A DNA stretch of 53,950 nucleotides, filler included, from Catajapyx aquilonaris (taxonomy: Eukaryota): assembly GCA_000934665.2 (NCBI GenBank). It is 3 parts of 3 records of this genome, joined end to end, with 100 filler letters (N's around TTAATTAATTAA, not from the genome) between each part and the next. Parts side by side here need not be neighbours in the genome. Positions count along the whole stretch, not along the records: positions 1 to 17,941 come from JYFJ02006823.1; 2 more parts are not named here. The stretch is one strand, 5' to 3'. Positions 1-13,313 of this stretch are shown here, piece by piece. The notes under the pieces are model-generated. The model saw only the letters and a list, made by a program, of their open reading frames with translations. It did no database searches and was not told the DNA's origin. How positions within the stretch are numbered: the stretch's first letter is position 1; each line of letters begins with the position of its first letter. Position numbers and translations under genes: made by a program.

Positions 1-145
1 GAGTTATTAATTCATCTTTCGGAGGATGAAATGAACTAAAAGAGTTGTTTTAACTCCAGCGAAAGAGTTATTATAACTCATTTTTGGTAATGACCACTTT
101 CAAGGTTAAAAAGAGTTAATTTAACTCTTATTTTTTTAGAGAGTA
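1..145. mobile_element. Right end of a non-autonomous DNA transposon (CACTA-like MITE) with GAGTT/AACTC subterminal repeats
   Basis: Repeated AGAGTT/TAACTC motifs in both orientations ending in TTTTTTTAGAGAGT. Left end lies outside the window. Confidence 0.45.
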
Positions 146-479
146 GGGCCATAGAAACGCCCACGACTTCCACTATACGATCTGGGAATAGGCGAACTTG
201 ACGCACAGGGTGAACCAAAAATACTTGCCCCGCGGGTTGGTTTTTATGTTATACTTTTAATGGCACTTTGGATCACTTGTGTGTAATTATATTCACGGCT
301 CGTTGGCAGCATTCAATGAGAGAAATTATTAATTTGTCGTGTTATACAGTGATGCTATATATGAATGGACATGACGACTTTCAAAAATTAGGTAATATTG
401 AAAATGTAAATTAACAAGAAGAAAAAAAAGGAGAGCGCTGTGTCGCAATATCAATATCAATAACATGGATTATAGAGCA

Positions 480-1800
480 TAATTGGCGGCATCATTTATA
501 CACACCAGGAGGTCTTTTGCGTTTATTCCGAACAGCAGGACGTTAATTTATTTGCGGAATCGTGCTGATTAATAAACGTGTCATCATAATCCTATGCAAA
601 TATTTTACATGGAAAGCTTTCAAAAACAAATACCGGTATATATTGTGCAACTGTTGACTTGAAAAAGTGACATGCAGAGCTGATGTTAAGGTCAGATGAA
701 GTACAATCTAATTATAATTTAGAAGCGATGTTTGCGCCACACTTTGCGACATTTACCTCTCTAATTGCGCTTTTCAGCTCTTGCCCTATACACAGTGCAA
801 AGTTTTAGCTATAGGCGCCCAATCGCGAAATTGAGTTTGGCAATGTATTACTAATTCTCTGTTTACTCTGTTAGAGCGGAAACTCCAAAAGTTTGTTGTG
901 CATTCGCTTACCGCACTTGCCAAACAAGGGAGAAAAGTGCATTACTCGCATTGTGCATGGCAAGCAACGATAAATAATCAAAAGTGCTTCCAATAATTGT
1001 AATTGGACGGAAGAAATTACAAATACATTTTTCGGTCAACAATCATATCTGGCCCACTTAATATTCGCTGAAACATTTTGGGTGAATATTGACATAATTG
1101 CAATTATTATTGTCGATGGCCAGAAACCAGAAACGAATAACTCGTGCAAGGTACCAGCCTTAGTAATTTGCTACACTTTTATAGTAAACCAACCTGTTAT
1201 GCAAGTTCCATATAGGAGAAGTAGAGTATAGGGAAAAAAAAATCCACGGCAAGACACTGAACCAGTATAATTTTGAGCACTTGCCACGGGTACACCTTTC
1301 CGTGGGAAAAGGTGGTGCGAACTGAGCAGTTTGCGAATTTGGGGAGCGCGCAACTTGGGATATCCCCCCCTGCTGGTAAAGTAAAAGGTGGACGCCTGCG
1401 CAGTTGTGCACCACTGGAATCTGAGTCTCTCTTCGTTAAACTGAGAAGACTTCCCTTGCTCCTCAAACATCAGCCACATTCGTTTCCAAGCACGGCCTGG
1501 CTTCTCTCTTCTCCCCACCAACCAACCTCATCCACCACCTCTTTTCCTTGAACAGGTCGGACAAAAAAGGGGTCTCTGGAGCGAGAGACATCCTTTTCCA
1601 ATAACCGCATGCACCACTAGACGTATTGATGGTTTTTTCTTCTTCTTTCTTCTTCTTCTTCTCTCTCTCACTCTTCCCCACCTTGCATTCGCTTTGGAGC
1701 TCCCGAGTGTGCATTCTTACAGTATATTCTTGCCAGACAGATTTACTAGACATGTTCCTGTTCAGATTCTCGGTTATATACTCTGCGGTCGCCATTGTTG
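480..1800 (-). pseudogene. Degenerate hAT (Hermes-like) transposase
   Basis: Ordered motif remnants on the minus strand, broken by stops and frameshifts: BED-finger-like SKSVWQEY..SECKV..TINTSSG (~1600-1760), RPPFTLPAGG (~1370-1400), KCGANIA (~725-745) and LNISSACHFFKST (~650-690). Confidence 0.45.
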
Positions 1801-2137
1801 CTTGGGCCTGTGCGAACGGCGTATATAGCATCTGAGCAAAATGTAAGAATTTTGAAAAAAACAGGTCATTTGGGATTAGCGAGTTCACTATGAGAACCAG
1901 CCCTCAAATAAATTGGGGCAAACAAATATTCAGGAGAATTAATTAAGGAAAATTTCAACGTGGTCGTATTAGTTATAATATATATAAGCAGAATATGGCA
2001 GTCGCATTTCCGGCAACATTATCTGTGCCTTTTTAGACGGAGAGGTTGATTTAGCTGAAGTGTAATAATTGTCAATAAGAAAGTCCGAGTTCCACATTCG
2101 GAGCAAATGTAATGTTTCGCTTTTGCCCGGATCATCA

Positions 2138-2644
2138 AGGGACACTCCACTCAAAATACAAGTTGATCTGTAAAAATCAGGCAAAAAATCCTGATTCCGG
2201 TGATACCATCCGTTTATCTCTGAGACGAACGGTAATGTCAGGGGAAGAGACGAAAGTCGGAAAAAATTCGAGGTCAGTTCGAGAGTGGCGCCGCCTGGCC
2301 ACCTGGCCAAGTTAGGCGACGTTGGATAGTAGCGCCGCCCTTCCCAACGGGCACTAGGGGAAGTTGGCTTCGGACACAACCAGATCCCCACGGATCCCCA
2401 TACCCGCAGGCAACTTATCCAAGTCGCCGTTGGGAAGGGCGGCGCTTTTATCCAACGTCGCGTCGCCTAACTTGGCCAGGTGGCCAGGAGGAGCCACTCT
2501 CGAACAGACCTCGAATTTTTTCCGACTTTCGTCTTTTCCCCTGACATTACCGTTCGTCTCAGTGATAAACGGATGGTATCACCGGAATCAGGATTTTTTG
2601 CCTGATTTTTACAGATCAACTTGTATTTTGAGTGGAGTGTCCCT
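2138..2644. mobile_element. Foldback MITE with ~200-bp inverted arms, Kolobok-like termini (AGGGACACTCCACTC...GAGTGGAGTGTCCCT)
   Basis: 2138-~2345 is the near reverse complement of ~2430-2644, which gives mirror ORFs in the track. Right flank is TTAA. The same TIR recurs at 18133 and 28647/29276. Confidence 0.85.
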
Positions 2645-3492
2645 TTAAATGATATATAGTTGCATTTTACGGGAAAGAATAATCCCGCGCGGGCTCTTTT
2701 GTGGGTGCTCAAAATACGCTCGTACAGTATCACTGTGCATACATGCCCTATACTGTATAAATGCCTGTAGCATGACAGATCTGCAGTGAAGTGTTTTGTT
2801 GTACGTTGCCTTGTTTTTCGGGCATTATTTTTTGAAGCGGGACGTTTTAATCAGTGTGAACTTAATTTCATACAGTCGGCCATGTGCTTCACTATTCCAG
2901 TGTTACTTACTGTACATGCATTATTTTAATGCTTTCTCACAATGTTTGTCCTGCTGTAAAACCAATATGGACAGTTTAGCGTTTTCATAATAATATACCT
3001 ATACCGTGTATACTGTATATGCATGTAATATTGACCCACATAAGAACGCCACACAGTAATAACATGACGGTCATCACCCAAACTGTCCCCGAATACTACT
3101 GTGTGAGTAATGTAAACCTAAGGTATAACATCATAGATATTAAAGGGCAACCCATATACCCTTTAATATCTATATGGCTAGCATGTCACAAGATATGTCC
3201 ATATACACTGCAGTGTTCCATGCAATTTGACACGAAGGAATTTAAAATAACACATGAAATAAAATAATTAATATACCACTTGTCGCCTCACCTTCAATAT
3301 ATTATACAGCAGTTATAGTGAGTTACAAAATAATATCGTTTAATATTTCAATGGCCCGCCTAAAAATCCGAAGGTGAGGTTTCAAGAGGTAGTCGCAATT
3401 ATCAAGTTTTTCGCCGATATCGATGTACGCTAACTTATGAAACACGCGGTGTAATAATTGTTATTGCGGTGGACAATATTATTACTCTAAAT

Positions 3493-3616
3493 CAGCAGTG
3501 GTTCCGCACCCCTTTGAAGACAGTTGGTCCTTGTCTCACCCCCTATACCAGGAGTGATCGATTAAGTTCGTAGTTAGAGGTGCACCTTGCTGACGCCCCC
3601 AGGTTAAGAACCGCTG
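3493..3616. mobile_element. 124-bp hAT (Charlie-like) MITE
   Basis: 8-bp TSD CTCTAAAT at 3485-3492 and 3617-3624; termini CAG(CAG)TGGTTC...GAACCGCTG. Confidence 0.75.
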
Positions 3617-5792
3617 CTCTAAATGCTGTACTTTAGGGAGCTCTTTTGTACCGTGAAAAACTCTTATTAGTGCAAGGTGTTTCATGTCGTCTTCAGGTCT
3701 AAACTTTGCAGCGGTCTGGCATAACAATATATAATATGCGACATGCAAGTGGAATGAGAGCCTGTATGCTAATTGGACTTGACGGTGCATCATGCTGGAT
3801 GCAGAATAGGACTGAAGTAATTGTACTAGTTTATACATATAGGCCCACCCTATATAGCCGACATTCTGTGTGGAACTCGCGATTTTCCTGCTGATTAACC
3901 CGAGGTTCTGAGGAATATGATTACTATTTTACCGCTTGCTGCATTCCGTCAAAATCCGGTCGTATTACAAAGGCGGTATATCGTAAAAGGCGCGTGTTCA
4001 GGCGGGGCTGGCTTCCGTGCTGTATATAAAGGGAATTCAGGCATGCAGCCGGAGTAATGAGAAGAAAGTCGACGACGGTATATATATAGAGAAGAAGTTG
4101 CTGCGGAAAGGGAGGGGGGGAATGAAATCCCTTCGGAGCTTGGAACTAATCAACCGAGTTTCAATCGGGAAGTTCTCGGAGACAGTTCCTGCCTGAAGGT
4201 GCTGGATATCCACAGCTATGAGATGTGCAGTGTATAGTTGGCGTTCGGAATCTCCAGAAGGCAGAATTTGATTAACTGGTGCCGAAAATATGGACCGCAT
4301 TATGCCAACTGCAACATCACAGGAAACCGTCCTTTTATTCGTTTTGCCAATGTTCTGTGCAGTCAGGCACCGAATGAATGGGCGAGCTGGCTAAAAGCTA
4401 TATCCTAAAAGTCCACATTTGGCACTTTCAGCGGAATGGAAAGGGCCCTTTTGCGTGCAACTCAAGCTTTCGGTAACTGCAAAACTTCCGACTCTGTCAT
4501 GTTAATGTGCCCCCCCCCTCTGCACCATACATATATGGGTATTGCATCAGTATGTACAGTTGTTTTTTTCTCTCCCTGAAAGTGCTGTCTGTTAAATTAT
4601 TATTTAGCTGTTGCGTCATATCATTCACTGTACAAAATGTCACATCATTTTTACAGCAGCCTATACTGGCTATAGGGACTTGTTCAAACAAATGTAACAT
4701 GCCGCCACTTCCACAAAATGTGCATATTTTTCTAGTCAAAGGATGACATTATAATTATGTGCAATAGTAGAGTAAAATACAGCTGTGTTCCTTTTACTTG
4801 ACGTACAAGCACGAGACGGATCAAATGAAGGTTTATTGGCCGCAACCTGTGGTATACGTCTTTCTGTTTTGTTCTTCTAAAGCTGCTCTGGGTTTCCATT
4901 AGCGCTCATTGTTCAGGACCTGCCTTTGTTGACGCGGATAACAATATTGAGTCCAATCCTGTCTTTCGTGGTGAAATACTATAGAGATGAGGCGGATCAA
5001 AAGACTGTCATTTTAGCAATATCCCCCTCGCAATGCTTCTGCTGAAAAATAAGGTGTAACATGACGTTACTTTGTTGCCATTTTCTCTTTGATCATCGTC
5101 ATGCAAAATAGGCTTGTGTGATTCTCATTTTGTCACGCCCCATCATTCCTGTCGCGTTTTATTTCCGCTTGGAAGGATTTTAGACAACAAAAGGTTTCCC
5201 GCACTCCTCCATAATATTGAAATAACGAGGGTCCCAATTATAAGCCCACGTGCTGACCTTGTTTCCAAAATATGCCATTTTTGTGTGCGAAAGTTGAAAC
5301 TGGCTGTGCATTAAACTGCCTATACAGGAAGCTTGCTTTTGTGACAGGCCGACCGCTGTGGTTGCAAAAGACCCAAACCAGATTATTTTGCAACGATGGA
5401 GATAGTCTCATATTTCTACTGTAATTAACGAGAGAGAGATACCTGGGCTGAAAGCCATTATAGCTGTCTCTGGAGGTACACAACGAGTAACAGGTCAGTA
5501 CACGTTGGGCTATTACAAGTGTTTATTTCCCATTATCATACACTATGTACAAGCTTGAGAAGGATATTTATACATGGTGGCGCACTGGGGGGGNCAGAGG
5601 GGGGGGAATTAAGGGTCTTAAAAAACCCCAGCGACCAGTTTGAAAAGAAGCAACTCTTTTGAAGGTATACAGTGATATCCACGTTTTCTTAGTACGATTG
5701 TTGATTGCTTCTCTTTGAGACTGGTTGTCAGGGGTAAATAATCCCCATAATCTCCCCATATACCGACTTCCATGAGAGGCAACTTAACTTAC

Positions 5793-8700
5793 TTAGTATA
5801 ACCTGTTCACAAAACGAGATCTGAACATGGGATGGACCAGGCTGTGGTTGCATTCTGGAACTTGCTTTCGGTAAGTGCACGTGTCCGTCTTGAGGTCGAA
5901 CACGAGGTTGCCTGGACACTTGTTCTTGACGGCAATCCACTTGTCGCCGTCCTGAACACACTGGTAGAACACGCTGCAGTCGTTGGGGTCGCGAATGTAG
6001 CCCTGACCAGTGCAAACCACACTGGGAACAGTGCTGCTGGCAGGTGGGTGCTGAAATCGCCAAGGATTACAAAGAGATATCATTAAGCTGTGTGGGAAAT
6101 TATAATGTTCAGCTAATGTTGGAGGGTCGTAATGGATGCAACTAATGGCTTTGGGTGCCACTGGGGGAATTCATTCTCGAGTATGTAAGGCGGAATGAAG
6201 CCTATACCTCGGATGTGGGTCCTTCGGTAGGTCCAGACGTAGGCTCATAAGTGATGGTCTCTGCTGTGGGCTCCGAAGTGGGTTCAGGCGGGGGCGTTGA
6301 TGGCAGCGTGGGTGGAGGCGGGACATACCCGTTGAAGGCATCCACTATGGCATTGACCAAGTAGTACTTCTGCCCGTAGCAGCTTCCGTGGAAGTCGTCA
6401 GTGTCCAGGGACCAGATCATGCCTCCTGCCAGGTTCTTCTCCTTGGCTATCGCAACCTGAAGCGAGATTCAAAGGGTTGCATGATGTGTGTACCAGACAA
6501 ATGGACGAGAATTATTGGGGACAGAACAGACGTGGGCACAACGCGCATGAATTGCCTTACCTTGACTTGCAGAGAAATCGGGTCGTCGTAGGAGATCCAC
6601 TGTCTGCTTCTGTAGGCGTACGGGGCCAGGTAGTAAGGGTCCCTGACCACAATCCAGCCGCTCTCCTGGGTCAGCTTGGTGCAAATCTGTGTGGGAGGAA
6701 AGGAAGGCGTTGTTTCTATGGGGATATTCCTCGAGAATAGGGGTCGGGGGAACAAAACCAGTAAGGTAAAGCAGAGACATGCCTCGTTGAATCCCCAGGT
6801 GCCAACTGCTCCAGTGAATGGTCCTGGATCTATCCCGATGTAGGCTGGGGCTCCGATGTCGTGCTGAGTTGGGTCATTCAGAGTCCAGCCGCGACCGTAG
6901 GCTGCCATTCCCAGGACCAGCTTACTCGGAGAAGCTCCGTGGTCCAGCCAGTAGTTGATGCTGTAATTCTATATCGTATAGGAAACGAAAATGAAAGGTC
7001 GAGTACATGTGACGACATGTCGACAGATTTTCAAATTCGCAATATGAGACTGACTAGGTTGAAGATCTGGTCAAGTGCAGTGTCGTGAGGCCTCTCGTAC
7101 ACGGGCGTGTTGATGCCCGTCTGCTGCTCCCAAGCACCGTGGTAGTCGTAGGCCATTACGTTGACGTAATCCACGGACCTGCAGTCAAATCGGGTATAAG
7201 GTTAAAGGTCGCGAACGAGCGGTACTATATTTGGCGCTTTTTATTGTGTGTACTATATACTCACTCTGCTATAGATTTAACATCGTAGGCGGTGTCTATT
7301 GTTTGCTTTCCGGCCGATACTGCAGCGGTCAGGAGAAGTCCGTGCTGGTCGAATTCTGCCCGCAGTTCTCGCAGTAATTGGGCAAAGTTGGCCTGAAAAC
7401 AATAAAATACATGTGAATAATGCATCTGTAAGTAATATATGTAATAACGAATTCGCACCTTGTCTTCCGGTTGGCCTCCTCTGTTGGCAGGGTACTCCCA
7501 ATCCAAGTCCAGCCCGTCAAAGCTGTACTTTTGGAGCCAGGCTACCACGCTGTCTATGAAGATTCTTCGTGAGTCAGAACTTGCGGCCATCTACGGAAAC
7601 AGCGAATCATATATAGATGAAGGTGAGAGAGTGGTGTCAATAATATACCTGAGAATACTTCGTAGAGCCCTCGTTCCACCCTCCAATGGCCAGGATGGTT
7701 TTGAGAGCAGGGTTCGTCTTCTTCAAGTTGTTAAATCGGATGTAGGCACCTGTGTGTGAGAGGCAAATTATTGTTAAAAATTGCGATCAGTTATAATATT
7801 AAGGAGCGGTTTACATCTGGTGTTATGCTCGCTATTTTTGAAGGATTCCCGCTCATGCAGATTGGGATCCGTGTAATTGGGGGGCCACGGATTAATTAGG
7901 TCGCCGGAGTGCGTGATGGCGTCCCGACGCCCTCGACGCCAACCGGATAAAACCGGGGGCCTAATTCCCTGTCCATCACCATTTGCCTCCTGGTCATTCA
8001 CACTCCGCATTATCTCCGTGGCCCCCCCTTGTTTTCGGCTATAGTTGGCACGTGCGGGTTGAAAAGGCCGCCCCGTGTAAGACAATATACGGTGCAATGT
8101 GAGGGCCGAGTGCATTCACATTCTTGCGTCCTCTTTGTTGGCCATGTGTGCTGCGGTCTGTAACTGTAGCAGGTCCTTTCCGCACAAGTGGTGTCAAGGG
8201 GGGTTACAACAAAGCGTAACTATAGATTACAGCGCGGTTGTTGTTTTTTTTTTCAAGTATTTTAATCGGTGTCGAGTTCAGCCGGAAAATTACGGCTTGA
8301 TCAGCATGGGAATTTCCTAAACGCAGCGGGTAAATTTATAAACAATCCGCATTATAATAACTTAATTAGTCTCCAGCCAGCCAGTAACGGCATTTTATCG
8401 TCAGAGGCTAACAACGTTAACGGCAATGGTTCCGCTTGCCACAAGTTATTATCAGACATATTCGCGGCCTCACGAATAGCAATGCTTCTGTTATAGCAAC
8501 AAACGGTACATTGAAGTGTACTTGCATTACACTGAGATTATTTTTCACTCCTTTCCAGACAGTCGAATTAATGAACCTGTGTTTCGGACCCCCCGAATAA
8601 GCCACAAACGCAGCTAATTTTCCCAGGGCTGTCGCCATATATGGAGCTTGGTAAAATCAATCTGCTTAAATGTGCAATCCGCTGTAACATGTAACAGGTA

Positions 8701-9181
8701 TATATGCGGAGATATACATAGGGCAGTTGCATAATTGGTTTTCTATAATGTCCACGGCATGGGAGTAGATCGGGGCTGATGTCATAGTGTTCGGGGGAAT
8801 AATTCCCACTGACCTTTGCCATAGTTATCAGGGAGGTCGTTGTATGGGTCCAACGACATGATGGTGTTTTGAGGGCTGAGTCCGGCGAAACCGTACGTCA
8901 CGTGGGTGCACAAGAAAGGGTCAATGTTTTCGATGTTGTAGGCTCCTGCCCCAGGTCTGTACGTGGCCCAGGTGCCCACGTAGCATATCATCACATATTT
9001 AGCTGTGGAAGGAAAGCGTAATTAATTTAGACCCAGCAGAGACAGTGTATAGAATTAATAATGTATAATTTATCTGCGCGCAGAACATGCCATATGTGCA
9101 TAACAGTTCTGACTCACCGTGTGTGATGACGGCCACAGAAGACAGAAGTAAGCATAGGGAAATGAGTCTGGTTGAATCCAT
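5793..9181 (-). CDS. Secreted GH18 chitinase with P/T-rich linker and C-terminal CBM14 (chitinase A, complete, 10 coding exons)
   Basis: Exons 9181-9118 (signal peptide [15 protein letters not shown]), 9002-8814 ([22 protein letters not shown]), 7749-7649 ([12 protein letters not shown]), 7590-7459 (intact [11 protein letters not shown]), 7392-7265, 7178-7055 ([10 protein letters not shown]), 6968-6783, 6686-6561, 6456-6208 ([12 protein letters not shown] plus PTSEPT linker) and 6050-5793 (6-Cys CBM14). Splice phases are consistent. Confidence 0.95.
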
Positions 9182-9321
9182 GACGAGTGTCTGCGAATGG
9201 TTTGGGGTGACGGAGAAATCATTAGTGCAAACCACAAGGCTGCGTATATGTGAAAGGAATTAATTTCCCCTTGAATATGCGTGGGGCGAAGAGCAAAATA
9301 ATGAGAAAGCCTCAGTACTCA

Positions 9322-9426
9322 CCTGAGATGGGAATCGGGGAAATCAAACAGCCCAGCGCACAGCAGCTGGCCTCAAGGGTTTAATTCTACTCTGCTGCAA
9401 GAGGCTTTTACGCTTTTTTTTTATAA
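9322..9426 (-). promoter_or_regulatory. Candidate TATA box and non-coding first exon of chitinase A
   Basis: TATAAAA on the minus strand at ~9419-9425, donor CTCAG|GTGAGT at 9322/9321, and acceptor TTCGCAG just upstream of the ATG at 9181. Several GATAAG/TTATCA motifs lie upstream. Confidence 0.45.
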
Positions 9427-9976
9427 GGGTTGGCCAAAAAAAAAGCGATAAGGTTTTTCAATGAGACATGCAGCATCGCAGGTGCTGGGCCTAAAGGTCA
9501 CAGCCTTCGATGTTTGTGCCGCTTTATCAGGTAAGGATTAATACGTCACTGATACACTTGATGAGATTAAGATCAGCAATTCATGTGTCGGGAAGTACAG
9601 TACAACGTGCATTTCTTTGTGTCAGTAATGCGCTCTGGGCCAGGTTAAGAAAATATTAAATACAGCGATGATGGATTATCATCCTTGATATTGTCTGGTA
9701 TTGACCGGTGTGTTTTTTTTTGGTGTCGTTATTGTATGATATATGCCTTTATTTGCCAGGTGTTGAAATGTTCTCTCCCACGCGGTTACATCAATCATGC
9801 TCCTGACTCACGAGGGATCGATTAATAACCCCCCTACTTCAGTGAGATAAGGTGATAACCAGGATGTCGCTGAAGGTAATCAGGACCGCATAGTGACACA
9901 TCTAATGCGATATATAGGGCAAGGAGTTGGAGGATTAAACGACTGGCCTACATTTTGTGCTATGAATGCGTATTTC

Positions 9977-9994
9977 ATCATCATCATCATCATC
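9977..9994. repeat. (CAT)n microsatellite
   Basis: catcatcatcatcatcat read directly. Confidence 0.8.
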
Positions 9995-12900
9995 ACCACA
10001 GTATAGACATTACCTGAGACTGTTTATAGACTGAGTGTCTAACTGTATTAGCGGGAACTAAAATGAGAGCCATCCGATTATACTCGTTTGTACAGTACGT
10101 CCATATGTTATTCAAAGTTAATCAGATATTTTACATTACTTAGTTAGTACAACTGGACATGAGCGTAGTTCGCAATATCGTGATGTTACAGGTGCAGAAT
10201 TGCATAAGGCCATTGAAGGAGCGCAAATAAAGTCTCAGTTTGCAACGATTCATTTGTTAGAATGTAACATCAATCGTGTCCTCGACTGCGGGACTTTTGA
10301 GAGCTGTTTTTTTTTTCTTCTTCTGATATATGACCTACATCAGTTCCCTGGAATGAAATTCGGAAACAGGAATCAGCCAGGCATTTTGTCTTTTGCAGGC
10401 AAAAAAAATAATAACAAAATACATCTGCAACGTGAGCTATATTGCCGATCGCGAAACTGCAGTCATTCATTATTTGAGATCAGAAATCGATGTGGCATTT
10501 GCGTCAAACACACCGATCTGGTAGCGAAAAAAAGAGTCATAAAACCGAAGGGTATAGCGCACATGAGATCAATGCATCAGTTATAAGGGATTAATTGCTT
10601 GCGAGATGATTGATTCGTTGGGCTACAGTAAATAAGCCTAGGTCAGTTCTTGGCAAGCTTTGGAGAGAAAAAATGGGTTGTGTAATATAGTTCATAATAT
10701 GAAAGAGGAAAATTTGAGTGTTTCTTGCAGACTGTTATTTGAACGATAAAAGGTATACCGGTCATGTTGTCGAAAGACTCTGCCTGTTTGTATAGGTTTT
10801 TGTGTTTGCTTTAATTACAGATAAAACTTTGCTGGATTGTGTAGTGTAAACACGTGATAGTAACAAGTCTGCAAAGTTGCAAGCCTCTTGTAATCACACC
10901 AACCACTTTAAGAGTTCATCAGGATTTCAGATTACCGAGAAAAGCATTCCACTGAACATCATTGGGTACACGGGATTACTTAAGTTGTAATGTTTTGTGT
11001 GTATCCCGTCTGCCCCTTTGGCGATCCCAACCTGTCAAGATAGATTTGACGAGTTCAAGTTCTTGCTGATGGATTGGGTGAGAGTGCGACACATGTCGGC
11101 ACAGTACGTTATTTGAGACGTATATACTAGATAAGTCGCTAATTCTTGTAGTAAACACTTGTTTATATTATGACAGTCGAAGTGTAAAAGTAAACATTGC
11201 GTGCTCCAAGAGTTGAAAAACAGTTTGACCTTTCAAGGTGTGTGCCGCCTGTGCCTTAGGGAGAACTTGTGGGCTTCATGTAGAAGACAGTGCTCTCTCA
11301 AGTGTGTAATGCAGCTAATTAAATGAGAGGCTGGCTAAAAAGTGCAAAGTTTCCTGCCAACTAAGAGCAGTTTGAACGTAAATGAAATCGCGAATTAGGG
11401 CGAAGTACACCCTCATCCTGATGGCATGTATATACGTACTTTTCTCATTAAAATGAGGTGCTCAGGTTACATATGTTAATGTTGTAACATTATGACTTCG
11501 TAAGGCTCAAGACTCAAGAGTAATAATTTCCCACAGGTACAGTACTAGAAAAAGCACAACTTCTGCTGTAATGATTGGTGGTTTTATCATGCATGACTCC
11601 GCCTTTATTTCTACTTTTTGTAAAACCTTAGAAGGCAGAGCCGATTTATTTTAGTCATGCGTTTGGTTTCCTTCAATAAATTCGAGTGAAGCACATGCAC
11701 AAGAACTAGGGGGCTTGTAAAGTCCTTGAAAGTAAATTCCGAAATACTGGAAAAAAGTGAGCCCTCGACTATACAAGTTGACTAATGAGACCAAACTCGC
11801 TGCTTGCTTGATGATCAAGTAGTAGTGCTGTTCTGGAGTTGAGAGCAAAAAGAGACGGGTTTTCAGTAAATCAAGTGGTAATCACATGCTGGGTGGAAAC
11901 TTCTGACGAAACATGTTATATAGTGATGTGCAAAGGGGAGCTCGTCGCCACATGCTTCTTCATGCTGCTTTTCTGAGAAGAAATTATTGCATTTTGAAGT
12001 GTCAGCTGCACTGCAGAGATAATCCCAAAGAATGACAGTTATCATGCCATCGTCCGCTTTATTTCTGAGGAACATTCGTTGTTAACCTCCAAACCATTCG
12101 TGTTTTATTTGTTGGACAGTATGACCAGCATGGGGCAGTAACATTATGAGAATTTGAGTGCAATTATTTCCTTCGTGAAACCGATATTGCCAAAGTAAAC
12201 TAACTGTAAGTAGAAAATATTGCAACAAGCACATGCGGCATAGAGGAAGTGCCTTGTAAACATAACGCACTGTACTTTGAAGCTATGTGCATCAGCAATA
12301 TTATATAATCTTATTACTGCAGTTGTGCAGCGTTGCTTACTCAGCTTTGGATATGAAAAGTACTGTTATAGTGAGCGGAGCAGAAATTTTCTCACTAATG
12401 CCGAATTAATTCAGAGTGTAATAATTGGTCGAGGCAATGCAATTTATGCTTCAGTACACAGAATTGACTTCCCCTTTTTAGGCAGTGCTCTCTTCATTAC
12501 ATGGGTTTGTGTTGCTGCTATATACTGTGACCTAATTGGAATGCTCAAAGCAATGTGTCATAAATTATAGTTATTCATATAGAGATATTTGCATTATGAT
12601 GTAAGCCACCTGCTGCAACGAGACGCACTGAAGCAATATTTATATGTGCATATTCCAACAACATGATGACGGTTTGTCTGCTTTGCAAGTTGCTTTCATG
12701 CCTGCGGCAGTGTGGACGAAGTAACAGTGATGCTGCTCTTTATTAGGAAGTTGAACCACCATTGTTCTTACCTTCATTGTTTTCCTTGTGACATGAGAAC
12801 CTTAATTGTATAAGATATGGGCAAGTTATACTACTATAGTAAGTTAATTAGTGAGCCTGAGAAAGTGCACATGAAGATGCTACAGGCGAGTTTGGTTCAT

Positions 12901-13313
12901 TATTGGAGCGGGTAATGGCAGTAAAGACAAACCGATACCCTATAATATGCACTCTGCGAAACCGATACTGTGCATCAGACACACGTTTTATATACCGGGC
13001 CCTTGATGGAAGCTTGCATGGGTGATGGTGAGGTGATTAGTCGCCATGGAGACTGATGTATACCGCCTATAGGGAAAGAGAGGATGCGGTCAGGTCGTGT
13101 CGTATATCTTGTTCCTCAACTTCACACCGAGGACGCACATATATACAGACGCAATGATGGCATATATAGGTAAAACGAGGCATTTTATTTGGTGCAAATG
13201 CTATATCGAGCGCAAATTTATTTAACTCTGGAATGTACATGCGATAACAGTCGAATACACAGTGTGAGTGACTAGAGATGGATGCGAGGCATGTATATAT
13301 TTCGTGTTTTTTA

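Noticed and set aside
1969..2733. Duplicated ORFs on opposite strands as a gene pair
   Set aside because: They are mirror translations of the two arms of a palindromic MITE.
4021..4330. TATATAAA box and short ORFs suggesting a small gene
   Set aside because: No coherent exon chain or recognisable product.
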